From positions 13,144,001 through 13,208,000 of the forward strand of contig NC_090360.1 of assembly GCF_035084215.1 (NCBI RefSeq): a DNA stretch of 64,000 nt, in the 5' to 3' direction. The position numbers and the translations under genes were made by a program. Shown one piece after another: positions 51,341 to 64,000 of this stretch (positions within the stretch are counted from its first letter, which is position 1; each line of letters starts with the position of its first letter). The notes under the pieces are model-generated. The model was not told the DNA's origin. It saw only the letters and a program-made list of their open reading frames with translations, and ran no database searches. This stretch comes from Heptranchias perlo. Lineage: Eukaryota.

Positions 51341-51989
51341 CAGACATGCTACTCTGGAATAAGGTTGGAACATTCTGCCGAGTGCAAAAGTGAATACGGA
51401 TAGGGTTGAGGCAGGAGCTGGGATTACAGCTTTGGCCAGGAGGCTTGCTTTACTGCTGTTCAAAAATCATTGCAAGTCTTGATAAATTTATTAATTAATG
51501 GCTCAAAAGTAAGTGGAAAAAAACCTGGACTTTTATTTTAAAAACCAGATGGCAGATTTTCCTGTGCTGGCATACATTCCAGATATTTCCATATTATCCA
51601 GTCTGAAGCTGGCTGGTGTCATCCCTACACAAGAATCTGCATATGATTGTTGCAAAGTTAGATGACAACAGTGGCTAATGAACGAAGACTCAGTAAATGC
51701 CCTATGTCTACACTTCCACAGCTCCTAGTCCCAGCTCAAGCACTTGTTTCTCAGGGAATGACATGAGGGGCTCGACGCTTCAGACAGTCTAAGGTCACAT
51801 GATGTCACAGACGCAGGCCATGTATATTGTATCGAGTGGTTTCACGTGACATCACACTGAACCTGTGTAAGAGGCAGTGTTGATTTCTTGCACATACCAC
51901 GTACAATTTTCCCTTCCATATTTTAGATCATCTCCTCGGGAAGATGATTAACCACAGGAAAAACTTCAAGACGATAATGCAGTAGTGCG

Positions 51990-53105
51990 ATCGATGTGTA
52001 TATGGACTTTCAGAAGGCATTCGATATAGGGCCACATAACAGACGTGTTAGCAAAATCAAAGCCCATAGGATTAAAGGGACAGTGGCAGCGTGGATAGGA
52101 AATTGACTATGAGACAGAAAGCAAAGAGCAGTGGTGAACGGTTGTTTGTCAGACTGGAGGGAAGTATACAGTGGTGTCCCCCAGGGGTCAGTATTGGGGC
52201 CACAACTCTTTTTGATATATATTAATGACCTTAAAATGATAATAAAATTTCAAAGTTTGTAGATGACGCAAAACTTGGAAATGAGGTTAACAGTGAGGCG
52301 GAAGGTAATAGACTTCAGGAGGACCGAGAGAGACTAGTGAAATGAGCAGACACATGGCTGATTAAATTTAATGCAGAGAAGTGTGAAGTGTTGCAGTTTG
52401 GAAGGAAGAATGAGTAGGGGGAAAATAAACTAAATGGTACAATTTTAAAGGGGTTCACGTGCTCAAATCGTTGAAGGTGGCAGGAAAAGTCGATAATCCT
52501 GGCCTTTATAAATAGAGGCATAGAATGCAAAAGCAAGGATATTATGCTAAACCTTTATAAATCACTGCTTAGTCCTCAGCTGGAGTATTGTGTCCAATTC
52601 TGGGCACCACATTTTAGGAAAGATGTCAAGGCTTTGGAGAGGGTGCAGATGAGATTTACTAAAATGGTACTGGGGTGAGGGACTTCAGTTATATGGAAAG
52701 ACTGGAGAAGCTGGGATTGTTCTCCTTAGAGCAGAGAAGGTTAAGGGGAGATTTAATAGAGGTGTTCAAAATTATGAAGGGTTTTGACAGAGTGAATAGG
52801 GAGAAACTGTTTCCAGTGACAGAAGGGTTGATAACCAGGGGACACAGATTTAAGATCATTGGCAAAAGAACCAAAGGGAAGATGAGAAATATTTTTAAGC
52901 AGCGAGTTGTTATGACTTGGAATGCTCTGCCTGAAAGGGTGGTGGAAGCAAACTTAATAGTAACTTTCAAAAGGGAATTGGATTTATACTTGAAAAGGAA
53001 ACATTTGCAGGGCTATGGGGAAAGAGCAGGGGAGTGGGACCAATTGGATAGCTCTTTCAATGTGCTGGCCTCTTTCTGTGCTGTAAGATTCTATGATTCT
53101 ATGAT
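51990..53105 (+). mobile_element. CR1 LINE, RT through 3' end
   Basis: gatgtgtatatggactttcagaaggcattcg; ORF 52675-53136; tail (attctatg)n. Confidence 0.92.
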
Positions 53106-53324
53106 AATACTCCTGAAATGTTTCCCAGATCCCTGAATGGAATCTATAGAAACTCTAGGATATCAATGCGGCACTGCAGCCACTAATATTTAATCCTGAC
53201 TTTTTGCGTACAGATGACACATTGATTGTTCTAGCAACACAAATTCCATTGTATTCTACAAAGTATTTGAGCATCTGTGTCTATATTTATGTTAATGGCC
53301 TTCAATCCCATTCTTACTGGGTTC

Positions 53325-54275
53325 TGATGACACCCAGCTCTACCTCACCAACACCTCTCTCGACCCCTCCACTGCCTCTGATTTGTCATTCTGCTTGTCC
53401 GACATCCGGTCCTGGATGAGCAGAAATTTCCTCCAATTCAATATTGGGAAGACTGAAGCCATTGTCTTCAGTCCCCGCCATAAACTTCATTCCCTAGCCA
53501 CCAACTCCACCCCTCTCCCTGGCCACTGTCTGAGGCTGAACCAGACAGTTCGCAACCTCGGCGTCCTATTTGACCCTGAGCTAAGCTTCCGACCCCATAT
53601 CCTCTCCTTCACCAAGACCGCCTACTTCCCCCTCCATAATATTGTTTATTTCCACCCCTGCCTCAGCCCATCAGCTGCTGAAACCCTCATCTATGCCTTT
53701 GTTACCTCCAGACTCGACTATTCCAATGTTCCCTTGGCTGGTCTCCCACCTTCCACCCTCCGTAAGCTTCAGCTCATCCAAAACTCTGCTGCCCGTATCC
53801 TAACTCGCACCAAGTCCCGTTCACCTATCGCCCCTGTGCTCGCTGATCTACATTGGCTCCCAGACTGGCAACACCTCAAATTTAATATTCGCATCCTTTT
53901 ATTCAAATCGCTCTATGGCCTCGCCCCTCCGTGTCCCTGTAACCTCCTCCAGCCCTACAACCCTCCGAGATCTCTGCACTCCTCCAATTCTGACCTCTTG
54001 CGCATCCCCTATTTCCATCACCCCATCATTGGGGCCGTGCCTTCAGCTGCCTAGGTCCTAAGCTCTGGAATTCTCTCCCTAAACCTCTCTACATCTCTCT
54101 CCTCCTTTGGGACACACCTTAAAACCTACCTCTTTGACCAAGCTTTTGGTCACCTGTCCTAATATCTCTTTACATGGCTCGGTGTCAAATTTTGGTTTTG
54201 TTTGATAATGCTCCTGTGAAGCACCTTGGGACATTTTACTATATTAAAGGCGCTATATAAATGAAAATTGTTGTT
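53325..54275 (+). mobile_element. L2 LINE 3' portion
   Basis: ORF 53383-54054 (CLSDIRSWMSRNFLQFNIGKTE, VTSRLDYSN, LHWLP). Confidence 0.92.
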
Positions 54276-54759
54276 CTAAAATATCTATTGAGCTGTTTTG
54301 AAAACACTGTTTGTTACTTTTGATGGGGATCTGTCTATTCCATGTATTTACCAATCTGCCTGCGTGGAATGGATATTATAATCTGTAATCCTTTTTATAC
54401 TTGCGTTCTCTAGCTCTATGGTCAGAATTTAAATAAAATAACCTGCCTGTATTTACATTATCTTGCTTTTCAGCATTTGAAAGATCTGCATTATCTCCTT
54501 CCTCAACCTTTTCTTTCCTCCAAAGAAAATAAATTCAATTCTGTGTGTCTTCATATCCCAGAATTCTGTGTTCTGGAATCATCCCTTTCACTTTTCTGTG
54601 AACAATCTCTAAAACAGTAAAGTTCCTTTGAAGGTAGGTTTTCCAAACTTGCGCACTGTGACTTCACCAAGGAGTTATATTGGATTATAATAATCTATTT
54701 CACTTATAAATCAAAGTCACTTATAAAGTAAATTTTTGTACTTGATTGATCTTTTCAAA

Positions 54760-55030
54760 ATTTTGGTCTTGGGATGTCAGTGACATGAGCAAGGTGGCAT
54801 TTATTGCCCACCAGTAATTGTCCCGAGAAGCTGGTGTTGGGCCTATTCCTTGAACCGCTCCACTCCTTATGGTGATGGCGCTCCCACACTGCTGTTAGGC
54901 AGGGAATTCCAGGATACTGACCCAGCAACAATGTAGGAATATTGTCCAAGTCAGGATGCTGTGTGACTTGGGGGCGATGGTATTCCCACAGCATTGTTGC
55001 TCTGGTCCTTGGTGGTAAGGTCACAGGGGC
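54760..55030 (-). mobile_element. 3' fragment of the second CR1-clade family
   Basis: Reverse complement matches 33120-33260 (gctgggtca..tcctggaattccct..aacagc). Confidence 0.65.
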
Positions 55031-56351
55031 TGTTGAAGTCTTGCTGGTAACATCTTTCCAGTGTATGACGTGAGATTGAATGGTGTGGTGTGATATCTTA
55101 TTGTAACATATTACAGGCCATTACATTGTGTTATTTGATATTGTATGGTTGTGAAAGTCAAGTGTGATAGTTGTTAGTAAATGATCGAATACTGATGTCC
55201 CTTGATTGACAGGGTGCACCAATAATGTATTAATTAACTATTTCTGCATAGTTTGCATTTTAAAGGTTTTGTGTTAAATTACTTGTTTTGGTACAATGGT
55301 CGCACCCTTCTGACAAATAGTATTTTAGAAGTTATTGTTTGTGTTTATAATGTGTTTAACCCACAATTTAGAAGAAAAAGATATGTCTGAATGACCCTAA
55401 TTCAAAGGTGTAGTGTATGGATTGAATATTTTTTGGCGTGTTATTACAAAGAATTACATGGAATCTACAGCACAGGAACAGGCCATTCAGCCCAACTGGT
55501 CTCTGCCGGCGTTAATGCTCCACACGAGCCTCCTCCCACCCTGCAGTATATTGCTTTTAAAAAAATAGTCTCTGCAGCCTGTGAGTCTTAGAGGCTGAAA
55601 GTAAACATTTCTATGGAATTGGTTAATCATCTGTCTCCCTCTATGCACTTGCCCTTGATAAGGTACAGAAAATGAAAAGGAACTTCAGCGTGAGGTAGAG
55701 TAGAGAGACCCTGTGGTTATTAACAGGGTTCACTCGAAGGCTAGACTGTGTGACACTGAATCATGATGGCAGGAAGCCAAGTTTGCTGGTCATTATTTAT
55801 TAAGGAAGAAAAACAATTTGAGTTGAAATGTTTTTTTAGTTGGGAAGCGCCAGGTGCTCAAATCAATGCCGGCAATTAGGTAATTTGGCGGCGATGCTTT
55901 AAAAATGTTTTCTTTCATTATTGATTTAATATATAATGTGCATTTTAATGAAACCTGATTGGAATGATATATGGAGATTGCAGACTCTCGACAGAAGCTG
56001 CAGTGCTGAGAATAAATAATCTTGCATCAGCATAAAATGACTGTGAGTTGTGTCAAATTAAAGTTCAGTGCCTCACAGATGTGTCACTAGGATCTTGGTT
56101 AGGAGTTGAAGTCCTGGAGCTGCCTTGAATCTTGAACCAGTAACATTTGTATTGAGTATTACAATCTGCCAGGTAGCGGCAGAGGAACAGTGATGTATGC
56201 TGAAGTCAGACTAACGGTACGGCCAGTTTGCCAATGTTGCAATGAGAGCTGAAGTGGAGCAAGGCATGTGCTTGATGGCATTGAAAAAAACAGTCCAATT
56301 GTACCGGAGTGGACATCTCAGCTTCTACATACACCAGTAGAGCAACTGACA

Positions 56352-56760
56352 AGGAAAGAAATAACTTGCATTTATATGGTACCTTTCGCAACCTCAGGAA
56401 GTCCCAAAACGCTTTACAGTCAATGAAGTCCTTCTGAAGTGTAATCACCGTTGTAATGCAGGAAACGTGGCAGCCAGTTTGAGCACACGGTCCCACGAAC
56501 AGCAATGAGATAATGACCAAGATAATCTGTTTGTTTTTTGGTGATGTTGGTTGAGGGATAAATTTTGGCCAGGACACCTGGCAAACTCCCCTGCTCTTCT
56601 TCAAAATAGCGTCCACCTGAGAGGGTAGGTGGGGCCTCGGTTCAATGTTTCATCCGACGGACGCACCAGAATTTGTGTTCTGTGCTCAAGTCTCTGGAAT
56701 GGGACTTGAACCCACAACCTTCTGAGTCAGAGGTGAGAGTGCTACCACTGAGCCATGGCT
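56352..56760 (-). mobile_element. Deu-domain SINE
   Basis: Reverse complement of the 35640 family. Confidence 0.8.
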
Positions 56761-57644
56761 GCTCCATAATTTCAGATGAAAGCACGGAACAAGAATTAGC
56801 TCTCCACACTCCACTGATTAGATACAATCTGCTCTTCTCTACTGTCCGAGAAAAGGTTCTGCAGGTTTCTCGTTCCTAAAGAGAACCAGCAAAGCTCAGA
56901 ATAACGATCCAACAGTACATGTTATATTATTCAGTTTGGTCCAGTCGCCCTCCAACAGTTCAGGAACCAGTGTGTTCCACACAGCGTTAGTCATCTCATT
57001 GGTTATTCACTTCTGTGGAGCTGAGTTCCTGTTGGCCTGTGGCCTGATCCAGCAAGACACTCCCTATCCCCAGGAACTCACAGCAAAATCCTAGCAGTAC
57101 AACAGGATTGCTTGGCCAGTAGTGTTATAGCACTAGTTTATTTTTGTGCGTTAGTAAATGGGTCTGTCAGTAATACCAATCTCCTCTGACAGCACTTCAT
57201 AGAAAGTGAAATGCTGGCTTCTAAGCAGCATTGTGTGGTGGTACACCAACAGGCATGACCATCACACCAAGGACTGGAACTCAAAACCCCACTGTGCTAA
57301 ACTAACCTCAGCCATGCTCGTGTTTTCAGGGAAATTTGGTTAACACATTGAAATAGACCAGTATTCCTGACTCAGTTCAGACTTGAAAGTTCCCCTTTGT
57401 GCTCTTGTTAGTTATTGATATCCTGTGCTAGTTTCCCTCTTTCCTGTCGCTCCTCATTGTTCCCTCCATTTATCAGGAGGATGGGAGTTTTCTAAGCCCT
57501 GGAGTTCTTTCAGCAAGTGCCCTCAGTGTTTCTTTGTGATTGGCCAGGGAAAAGGCTGTTCCTATCAGATGTTCGCTCCCTCTTCTCTCAAAAGGGGCAT
57601 CACAAGCAATGAAATACTTTTCAATTGTAGTTACTATTGTTATC

Positions 57645-57985
57645 TAGGCAAATGTGGCAGCTAAATTGCACAGCAAGGTCCCACCTACAGCAATGAGATA
57701 AATGAGCAGATGAACTGTTTTTTTCAGTGTTGTTGGTTGAGGGATAAATGTTGGCCACCTGGGGAACTCTTCTTTGAATAGTGCCATGGGATCTTTTATG
57801 TCCATCTGAGAGGGGAGATAGGGCATCAGTTTAACATAGCCAAAAAAAATGGCACTTCCAACACTGCAGCACTCCCTCAGTACTGCATTGACGTGCCAGC
57901 CTAGATTATGTGCTTGGGTCTTTGGAATGGGACTTGAACCCACAACCTTCCAACTCAGAGGCAAGAGTGCTACCCCTGAGCCTTG
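57645..57985 (-). mobile_element. Deu-domain SINE
   Basis: Reverse complement of the 35640 family. Confidence 0.78.
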
Positions 57986-58580
57986 ATTAAAACCACTAGT
58001 CTTAGCTGTTTGAGCTGACATGTGACAACAAACCATTGTGGATATGTGGCATTGGATTATTAAATACAGAAAGCATTCAACAAGTGACCTCGCTACATAA
58101 ACCATGAATGACAATGTCCCAAATGAATTTTGACAGTTCATGTGATAAGCTGAATATTTATTCATATTTTTTGCGAGGCTGTACAAAATTACCTATTACA
58201 TTTAAATCGAATATTAAACAATCTGACAGGCCTGTATAGTTGCTAAGCCAAGGATATCATAACATGCTGATCATTGCTGCTAAATTGATGTTGACGGAGG
58301 CCATTTTATGTTATGAAGCAGGTCGCGTTGCTAAGCTAATGGTGAAATAAAAAGTAAAAATTGTTTACAAATAGGATAAAAGTTAATTTTGACTGAAATA
58401 AGAATTGAAGTGAACCTGTATCCCTGCTAATGATAGTGGGATTTTAAGCCGATTTAGTTACAGCCACAGTGGTACACAGATGTAGGGTTGTAATAGTGAA
58501 TACTATCAGTGCTTCACACAAGAATTATTAAGTATTGTCAGAACCTTGGTGACAGTTCACATTTAGTAGGGGGGAGAACT

Positions 58581-58780
58581 TCACACTTTCCTTTCTTCTT
58601 GTAATTTTATGTCAAAGTTCCGTAGCTGTTTTAAAAAACCTCGATTGGGAAAAATTCGTCGGTGCATGGCCACTGTCTTGACTGCGTCAAGCAATGAAAG
58701 GTGATGATAAGTCATCAGGTAGGCCAGCACCAAAGAGGCTGACCTGCTGTATCCAAAGGCACAGTGTACGAAGATCTTCC
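58581..58780 (-). CDS. Fourth DUSP13/29-family gene (DUSP13A/MDSP-like), last exon only; upstream exons not found in the window
   Basis: Acceptor ttttcttaccag|58780 in phase 1. Encodes [52 protein letters not shown], with an intact CX5RS motif and no stops. Confidence 0.88.
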
Positions 58781-59129
58781 CTGGTAAGAAAACCAAAACA
58801 CAACGTTTAAGCTTCTGGACTAATTCATTTTGCACTTTGTACCATCTTTTGTCATTTGTAGCACTGTATTTACGTGTCCTAGCGCAGTATGACAGCACAA
58901 AACTTATTAGTAACGATGCATCTAAGTAAAAACAGGCAAGCCATAGGCACCAATAACCAATCACAGATGAAATATGACACAATTTCACTTTGTTTTGGTC
59001 CATAAGCCACAATGTATAAAATACAGGAAATTACATCACAATTACACATCTGAACATTAAGTATTTCCTGTGCAGTGACCCATTAACATAAAGCAGGATG
59101 TTCCCCCAATGGAGCATCCTGTTAGTAAT

Positions 59130-59420
59130 TGATCATATACAGGCCAGGAAGGCCCCCGGCTTTATCCCCAGTCTGGGCTGAGATAGCAGATCTCAACCAG
59201 GGCAGCAGTATGGATGGTATAATCGGCTCAGAGCTGCTGGAGGAGAAAATCACCAGGCCCTGCTTGAAGAGTGCAGCTGATGAAAGCAGCGTATGGTCAG
59301 GCATAGGTTTGATGATCCACCTGCTCAAGAGCCTGGTCACTTGGGCAACATACCAGAAGGCAACCAGTGTCTGTGGAACTATCCCAGCAGGAGATAAGAC
59401 GTTCAGAAGACAAGGGATGG
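59130..59420 (+). mobile_element. Ancient SINE (AmnSINE2-like)
   Basis: catatacaggccaggaaggcccc..gctgagatagcagatctcaacc..ggtcacttgggc. Confidence 0.45.
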
Positions 59421-59859
59421 AGAGAAAATTAATGGGGGAAAATTATATCAGGATCTGGTCTATGAAATCCTGCGGATGTTGCTCTAGTGCTCCCTCTGCT
59501 GACCTGGCCCGCCAGGTGATTAAAAGCCACATTTCAATTGCTTTTAATCAGTAGCTCAGTGTATCAATATGTATTTTTAAAACCTTGGCCTTGAAAATCC
59601 ATGGCCATTCTGACATACAAGTGTGGCACAATGGCCATAACTAGACCAGGATCCAGATATGCCAAGTCCCAACTTAGTGCTGAATCTTCTGGATGGCTTT
59701 TGTGGGGGGAAAAATCTCCACTAATGTCTCACAAATCCATGAGTGTGGGAGTGGGGAGAGCCTGGGGCAGGGACTCCCTTTGTCAGGAGTTCCTGTGACC
59801 CTGATCTTTAGTGAGACCCAGTGTATGGTCAGTGGAGGTACGCCAAAGATACGCCAGGA

Positions 59860-60105
59860 CTTTGGGGAGAACTTCCCTGGTCTTCTTCAGATTGTGCCGT
59901 GGGATCTTTTACACCCACCTGAACAGGCAGACTGGCCGGAGTTTAACATCTCACCTGAAAGGTGGCACCTCTGACACTGCAGTACTCCGTCAATACTGCA
60001 CTGAAGTGCCAGCCTAGATTATGTGCTCAAGACCTGGAGTGGGGAATGCAATCCCCAACTTTTTGACTCAGAGGCAAGAGTGCTCCCACTGAACCAAGGC
60101 TGATA
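59860..60105 (-). mobile_element. Deu-domain SINE, 5' half
   Basis: Reverse complement of the 35640 family head and core. Confidence 0.72.
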
Positions 60106-61122
60106 CTCAATCAAAGTGTGGCACATCATCAAAAGTGTACATCATACTTGGAACTGATGAGCTCAAATAATAATATTCATAAAATGCCAACAAATCAGAA
60201 TTGAACAGGTAGCAAATATACTAATCGGAAGCAGCAGTGAAAGATGCTAATCAAAAAGGCATGAAAACTACAAAGCAAGATCCAGCAGTCAACAAACAGG
60301 CACAAACAAAACAATTAGCGAGGTGGACAATGAAATTGCTCAAAATATTTTTTTCAAAACCTTTTTGGCCACCATCTTGTTGTGTCGTTTACCTCAGGAG
60401 AGAATAATAATAAGATTCCTAACATTTTTTTAAAAACATTTTCACAACACCATTCAGTTTGCTGAGATGACTCTTTTGTGTTTGTAAAGTCTTCATAATT
60501 GTTTCCATTTGGAGACCTATCCCTGTGTGAGAAGCCTAAAGAATGAGTTTTGCTAAATTCCCCGGGTCTCTGAGTGAATTGATTCAATTGTATAGCAGAC
60601 CTCCAGAATGCACTAGTGGACAACAAATCCCAGCACATATCTTAAGGCTGCCTGTCCCTATCTCCTCGTGGTCTCTTACAGGACTGGAGAGGTAGAATAG
60701 GTCTTTATAAACAGGAATTCATGGCTCACTCTCTCAATGGTCATTCTTGCTGTTAATCAATATAAAAAATTTGGAACATTTGATTTTATTTGATTGTGCA
60801 AACAAATTGTTTTTGTCTCACATACAGCTTTCTGACTACAAATCAGGTCCAGGGAACAAATATTCTAAGAATAACTGCTGTCACAGTTCACCATATTCGC
60901 TTTGCAATTAAATCAGCTCTTAACTTCTCTTGAGATCCAATGGTTTTAATTTTAATTTTCTGTACTTTTCCTCCCTCCTTGCTGGGGTCTACTCCACTTC
61001 TGTCTTGGGCTGTGCTTGGCCTTTGACCTCCCCCCCATTTCCCTGCTGTGTGCCATTTCTTGGGTCAGAATGAGACCGTGTGTAAGTATCACAACTGCAC
61101 TCCATGACAGATCAACTGGTGT

Positions 61123-61570
61123 GTGTTTTATGAGGAAAGATTACACAAATTGGGGTTTTATTCTCTAGAGTTTCGAAGGTTAAGGGGTGATCTGATTGAA
61201 GTTTATAAGATATTAAGGGGAACAGATAGGGTGGATAGAGAGAAACTATTTCCGCTGGTTGAGGATTTTAGGAGCAGGGGGCACAGTCTAAAAATTAGAG
61301 CCAGACCTTTCAGGAGCGAGATTAGAAAACATTTCTACACACAAAGGGTTGTAGAAGTTTGGAACTCTCTCCCGCAAACGGTAATTGATACTAGCTCAAT
61401 TGCTAAATTTAAATCTGAGATAGATAGCTTTTTGGCAACCAAAGGTATTAAGGGATATGGGCCAAAGGCAGGTATATGGAGTTAGATCACAGATCAGCCA
61501 TGACCTTATCAAATGGCGGAGCAGGCACGAGGGGCTGAATGGCCTACTCCTGTTCCTATGTTCCTATGAT
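61123..61570 (+). mobile_element. Young 5'-truncated CR1 3' end
   Basis: Uninterrupted ORF 61123-61485 (YEERL..LEFRRLRGDLIEVYKI..QRVVEVWNSLP); tail (ttcctatg)2. Confidence 0.92.
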
Positions 61571-64000
61571 AGGAGCATTCAAACATTCTACTGCTAAAGT
61601 GCAGGACTGTGTAACTTGTGTGTCCCTTTAAGTCTATAATAATGTAATTGCTGTCCTTTCCCGTGATCTATTAGATACCGATTGTTCTTAACCAGATCCT
61701 CAAACCCATTAGAGGTCAGACTGGTTTTTAGTCTTAATTTTTTTTAAAGTATTATTGCTGAAATCAATTCGAAGTTCTTTTGGTGAGGAGCTTTCTATAC
61801 GGAAATAATGGAAATAATTGGCCTTATTCTCTTTTTTTAATACTTTTTAAAAAGTGACACAGAAATTTGCACAGGTACTAATGCGACACCTGTAGTGAGA
61901 TGGACACATTTCAAAACCTTTATAAAAAACTGAACAAAGTGTAATGTTTAAAAGCAAATTTTAAAAAGTACTACAGCTTCAAAGTGCGAAGAGATGTTTT
62001 ACACCATTGCACTACAGTTGACTATTGGCTCACAGAGTCTCATCTCTGTGATGAGACTCAAATCGTGCTTACATTACTTTGAAGAAATCTGTAACTTGAT
62101 TTTTAGTTGTGGTATGTAGAAATATGCAGCTTTTATTGATTTATTTATGTGTGTGTGATGTACCTGGTCTTCTGAACGGTTTGAAAGGTTCCTTTCATGA
62201 TACTGAATCAAAGTTGATCCTGCCATGGTAACTCAGCTCTTTAAGTCTAAAGTGCATTTATTAATATTAGTTTATAGATTTTGGAATAAACTCCAAATAA
62301 ATTGAAAGTAATATTTTTGAGGTACTAAAGTCTTCCTTTGTGAGAGCGTTAGTAAGTGTGGCATCACCACATTTAACAAGCAAAAGAGAAATGTCAGAAC
62401 ATCCCTATTTGTCCATACAAAGAACATGTGTGTGACAGTCCTTACTATCTGTACCTAACATATGAACATTTCTAAAACCAGTCACAAATAAACGAGATAC
62501 ATTCTTAACAGGGACGGTTTTCTTGTTCAACACCAAAATGTGACTCTTATTCCCTCTACAGGCGGTTATGTGAACAATATTAGTTGTTTTTAAAATGTAC
62601 TGAACAGGCAAATGTCAAATTTCAATAAACTCTTCCACCACTGCTGATTTGCATGTAATTGCAACAAAAGATGCCACACCACGGTACCCATGGAAACCAG
62701 TAGCATGGAGAAATCTACATTTCTGGGGAGGTGCAGGGGTGGGGGTTGTTAAAATGGAGATTGGAACTTGAATTTGGATTCAAAGAATCTGGCTCAGCTC
62801 AACTTTGAGAAAATAAATATTTTCAACTAAGACAATGCCTGATTGGTGTTACCTTGTCTGTTTTGCGTACCTTCATGAGTGAGATACACACAAAAGCAAT
62901 GCTCAGTGTAATACATTCTTAGTGCCACCTGACTCAACTCTGAGAATTGGTTAGCAGTGAGGCCAAGTGTCAAATTGTTTTTGTTTAATGTATTCATACG
63001 CAGCATGACTCACTAATCTCATGTGAATGATAGTACTGGAGTAGAAGCTTTGTGATTCAAATACCAGCTGCAAAAATAGAAGAGAGGTATTGAACAAAGT
63101 GAGTTATTCACAAGGGAATTAACTCATCAACAATCCATACCGTTTCTCAAAACAGCACAGCCATTCCAGAAATACACTTTCACACAGTTTCTGGACATTT
63201 TGGGGGATTGTCCAATCTGTGCTTGCGTTTTTACACCATTACTGCTCAGCCTTAAATTGACTTTTGGCTATTGTGTCGACTTGCATGCTGTTATAACTAA
63301 GCCATATTTTGCGGTGTGAATTAATTGCAAACGCTGAGCTTTACCAGCCAAGGAGAAGGTCATCAATCATTTTTTTTTGAGCACTAATCATGAGTGCAAT
63401 TAAGGCATATTTGGGATAGAGCTGAATTCTACCCCTCCACAAGAGGACTGCTTTGTCATAAATCTGCCATATGTTTTCCGTTACATTTGAATGTTCTACG
63501 ATTTATGGAACATAAATGTATTGATAGTGCCTGCAGTAACACACAACTAAAAAAAACTTTTTGGATTTATAAAAATGTGTATTTGTTACAAACTAGATAC
63601 ATGACTAAAATACATTAGGGTAAACTCAATGAGGTTGTGCCTTTGGAGCAGAGCCTTGCTATGCATGAGTGCAGGTCAGAGAATTGAGGCTATTGCATTA
63701 TTGCTTTATCTCTAGCTCTTGTTGATATCCAGTGTGGCTCTGCTCCAGGTGCATAGCCTTTCAGAATTTGCCCTATTATTAGGTACATATAATCAGGTAA
63801 ATCTTTAGATCTAAACATCACGGTTTTATTTATTTCAGAGAGAGAGAGAAAATCACTGATTACATCTGCTCTTTGTTTCTGCTGAGGAATCCAATTATTG
63901 TTTACAGAAGATGTCTTTATTTTTCTAAAGACAAATGTTTTCACAGTCAAGAGTAAATTCCTGATGCACCTTAACATTGCAATGGCTTCAGATGGAGTGA

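Noticed and set aside
58783-59012. Hydrophobic N-terminus (possible transmembrane segment) on the fourth DUSP ORF
   Set aside because: It is intronic read-through 5' of a canonical acceptor at the same position and phase as in the three paralogs.
59420-64000. Upstream exons of the fourth DUSP gene
   Set aside because: I found no THxLNAA or VDEVWP-type coding segment on the - strand. The exons presumably lie beyond the window.

Overview
This is eukaryotic, intron-containing vertebrate DNA. The repeat landscape (CR1 and L2 LINEs, Deu-domain SINEs, PIF/Harbinger relics) points to a cartilaginous fish, most likely a shark. The + strand carries the last two coding exons and 3' UTR of the histone acetyltransferase KAT6B (MORF). 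The - strand carries a tandem array of four atypical dual-specificity phosphatase genes: DUSP29/DUPD1 (complete, 210 aa), a DUSP13B/TMDP-like gene (complete, 196 aa), a DUSP13-family paralog ending in a polybasic-CC tail (complete, 207 aa), and the last exon of a fourth, DUSP13A-like gene. The order matches the human KAT6B-DUSP29-DUSP13 locus, with one extra paralog. The most unusual item is a 248-bp fragment encoding the N-terminus of ODF2/cenexin, inserted inside a CR1 element (49335-49582) with no poly(A) tail or target-site duplication. Other points of interest: a CX5R-A active-site variant, a candidate lipid-anchor tail, phase-compatible exons across the paralogs, a hammerhead-like motif in a Penelope-type repeat, and a muscle-type promoter for DUSP29. 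I found no prokaryotic-type system (CRISPR, retron and the like). Homology calls rest on recalled sequences, not on database searches.
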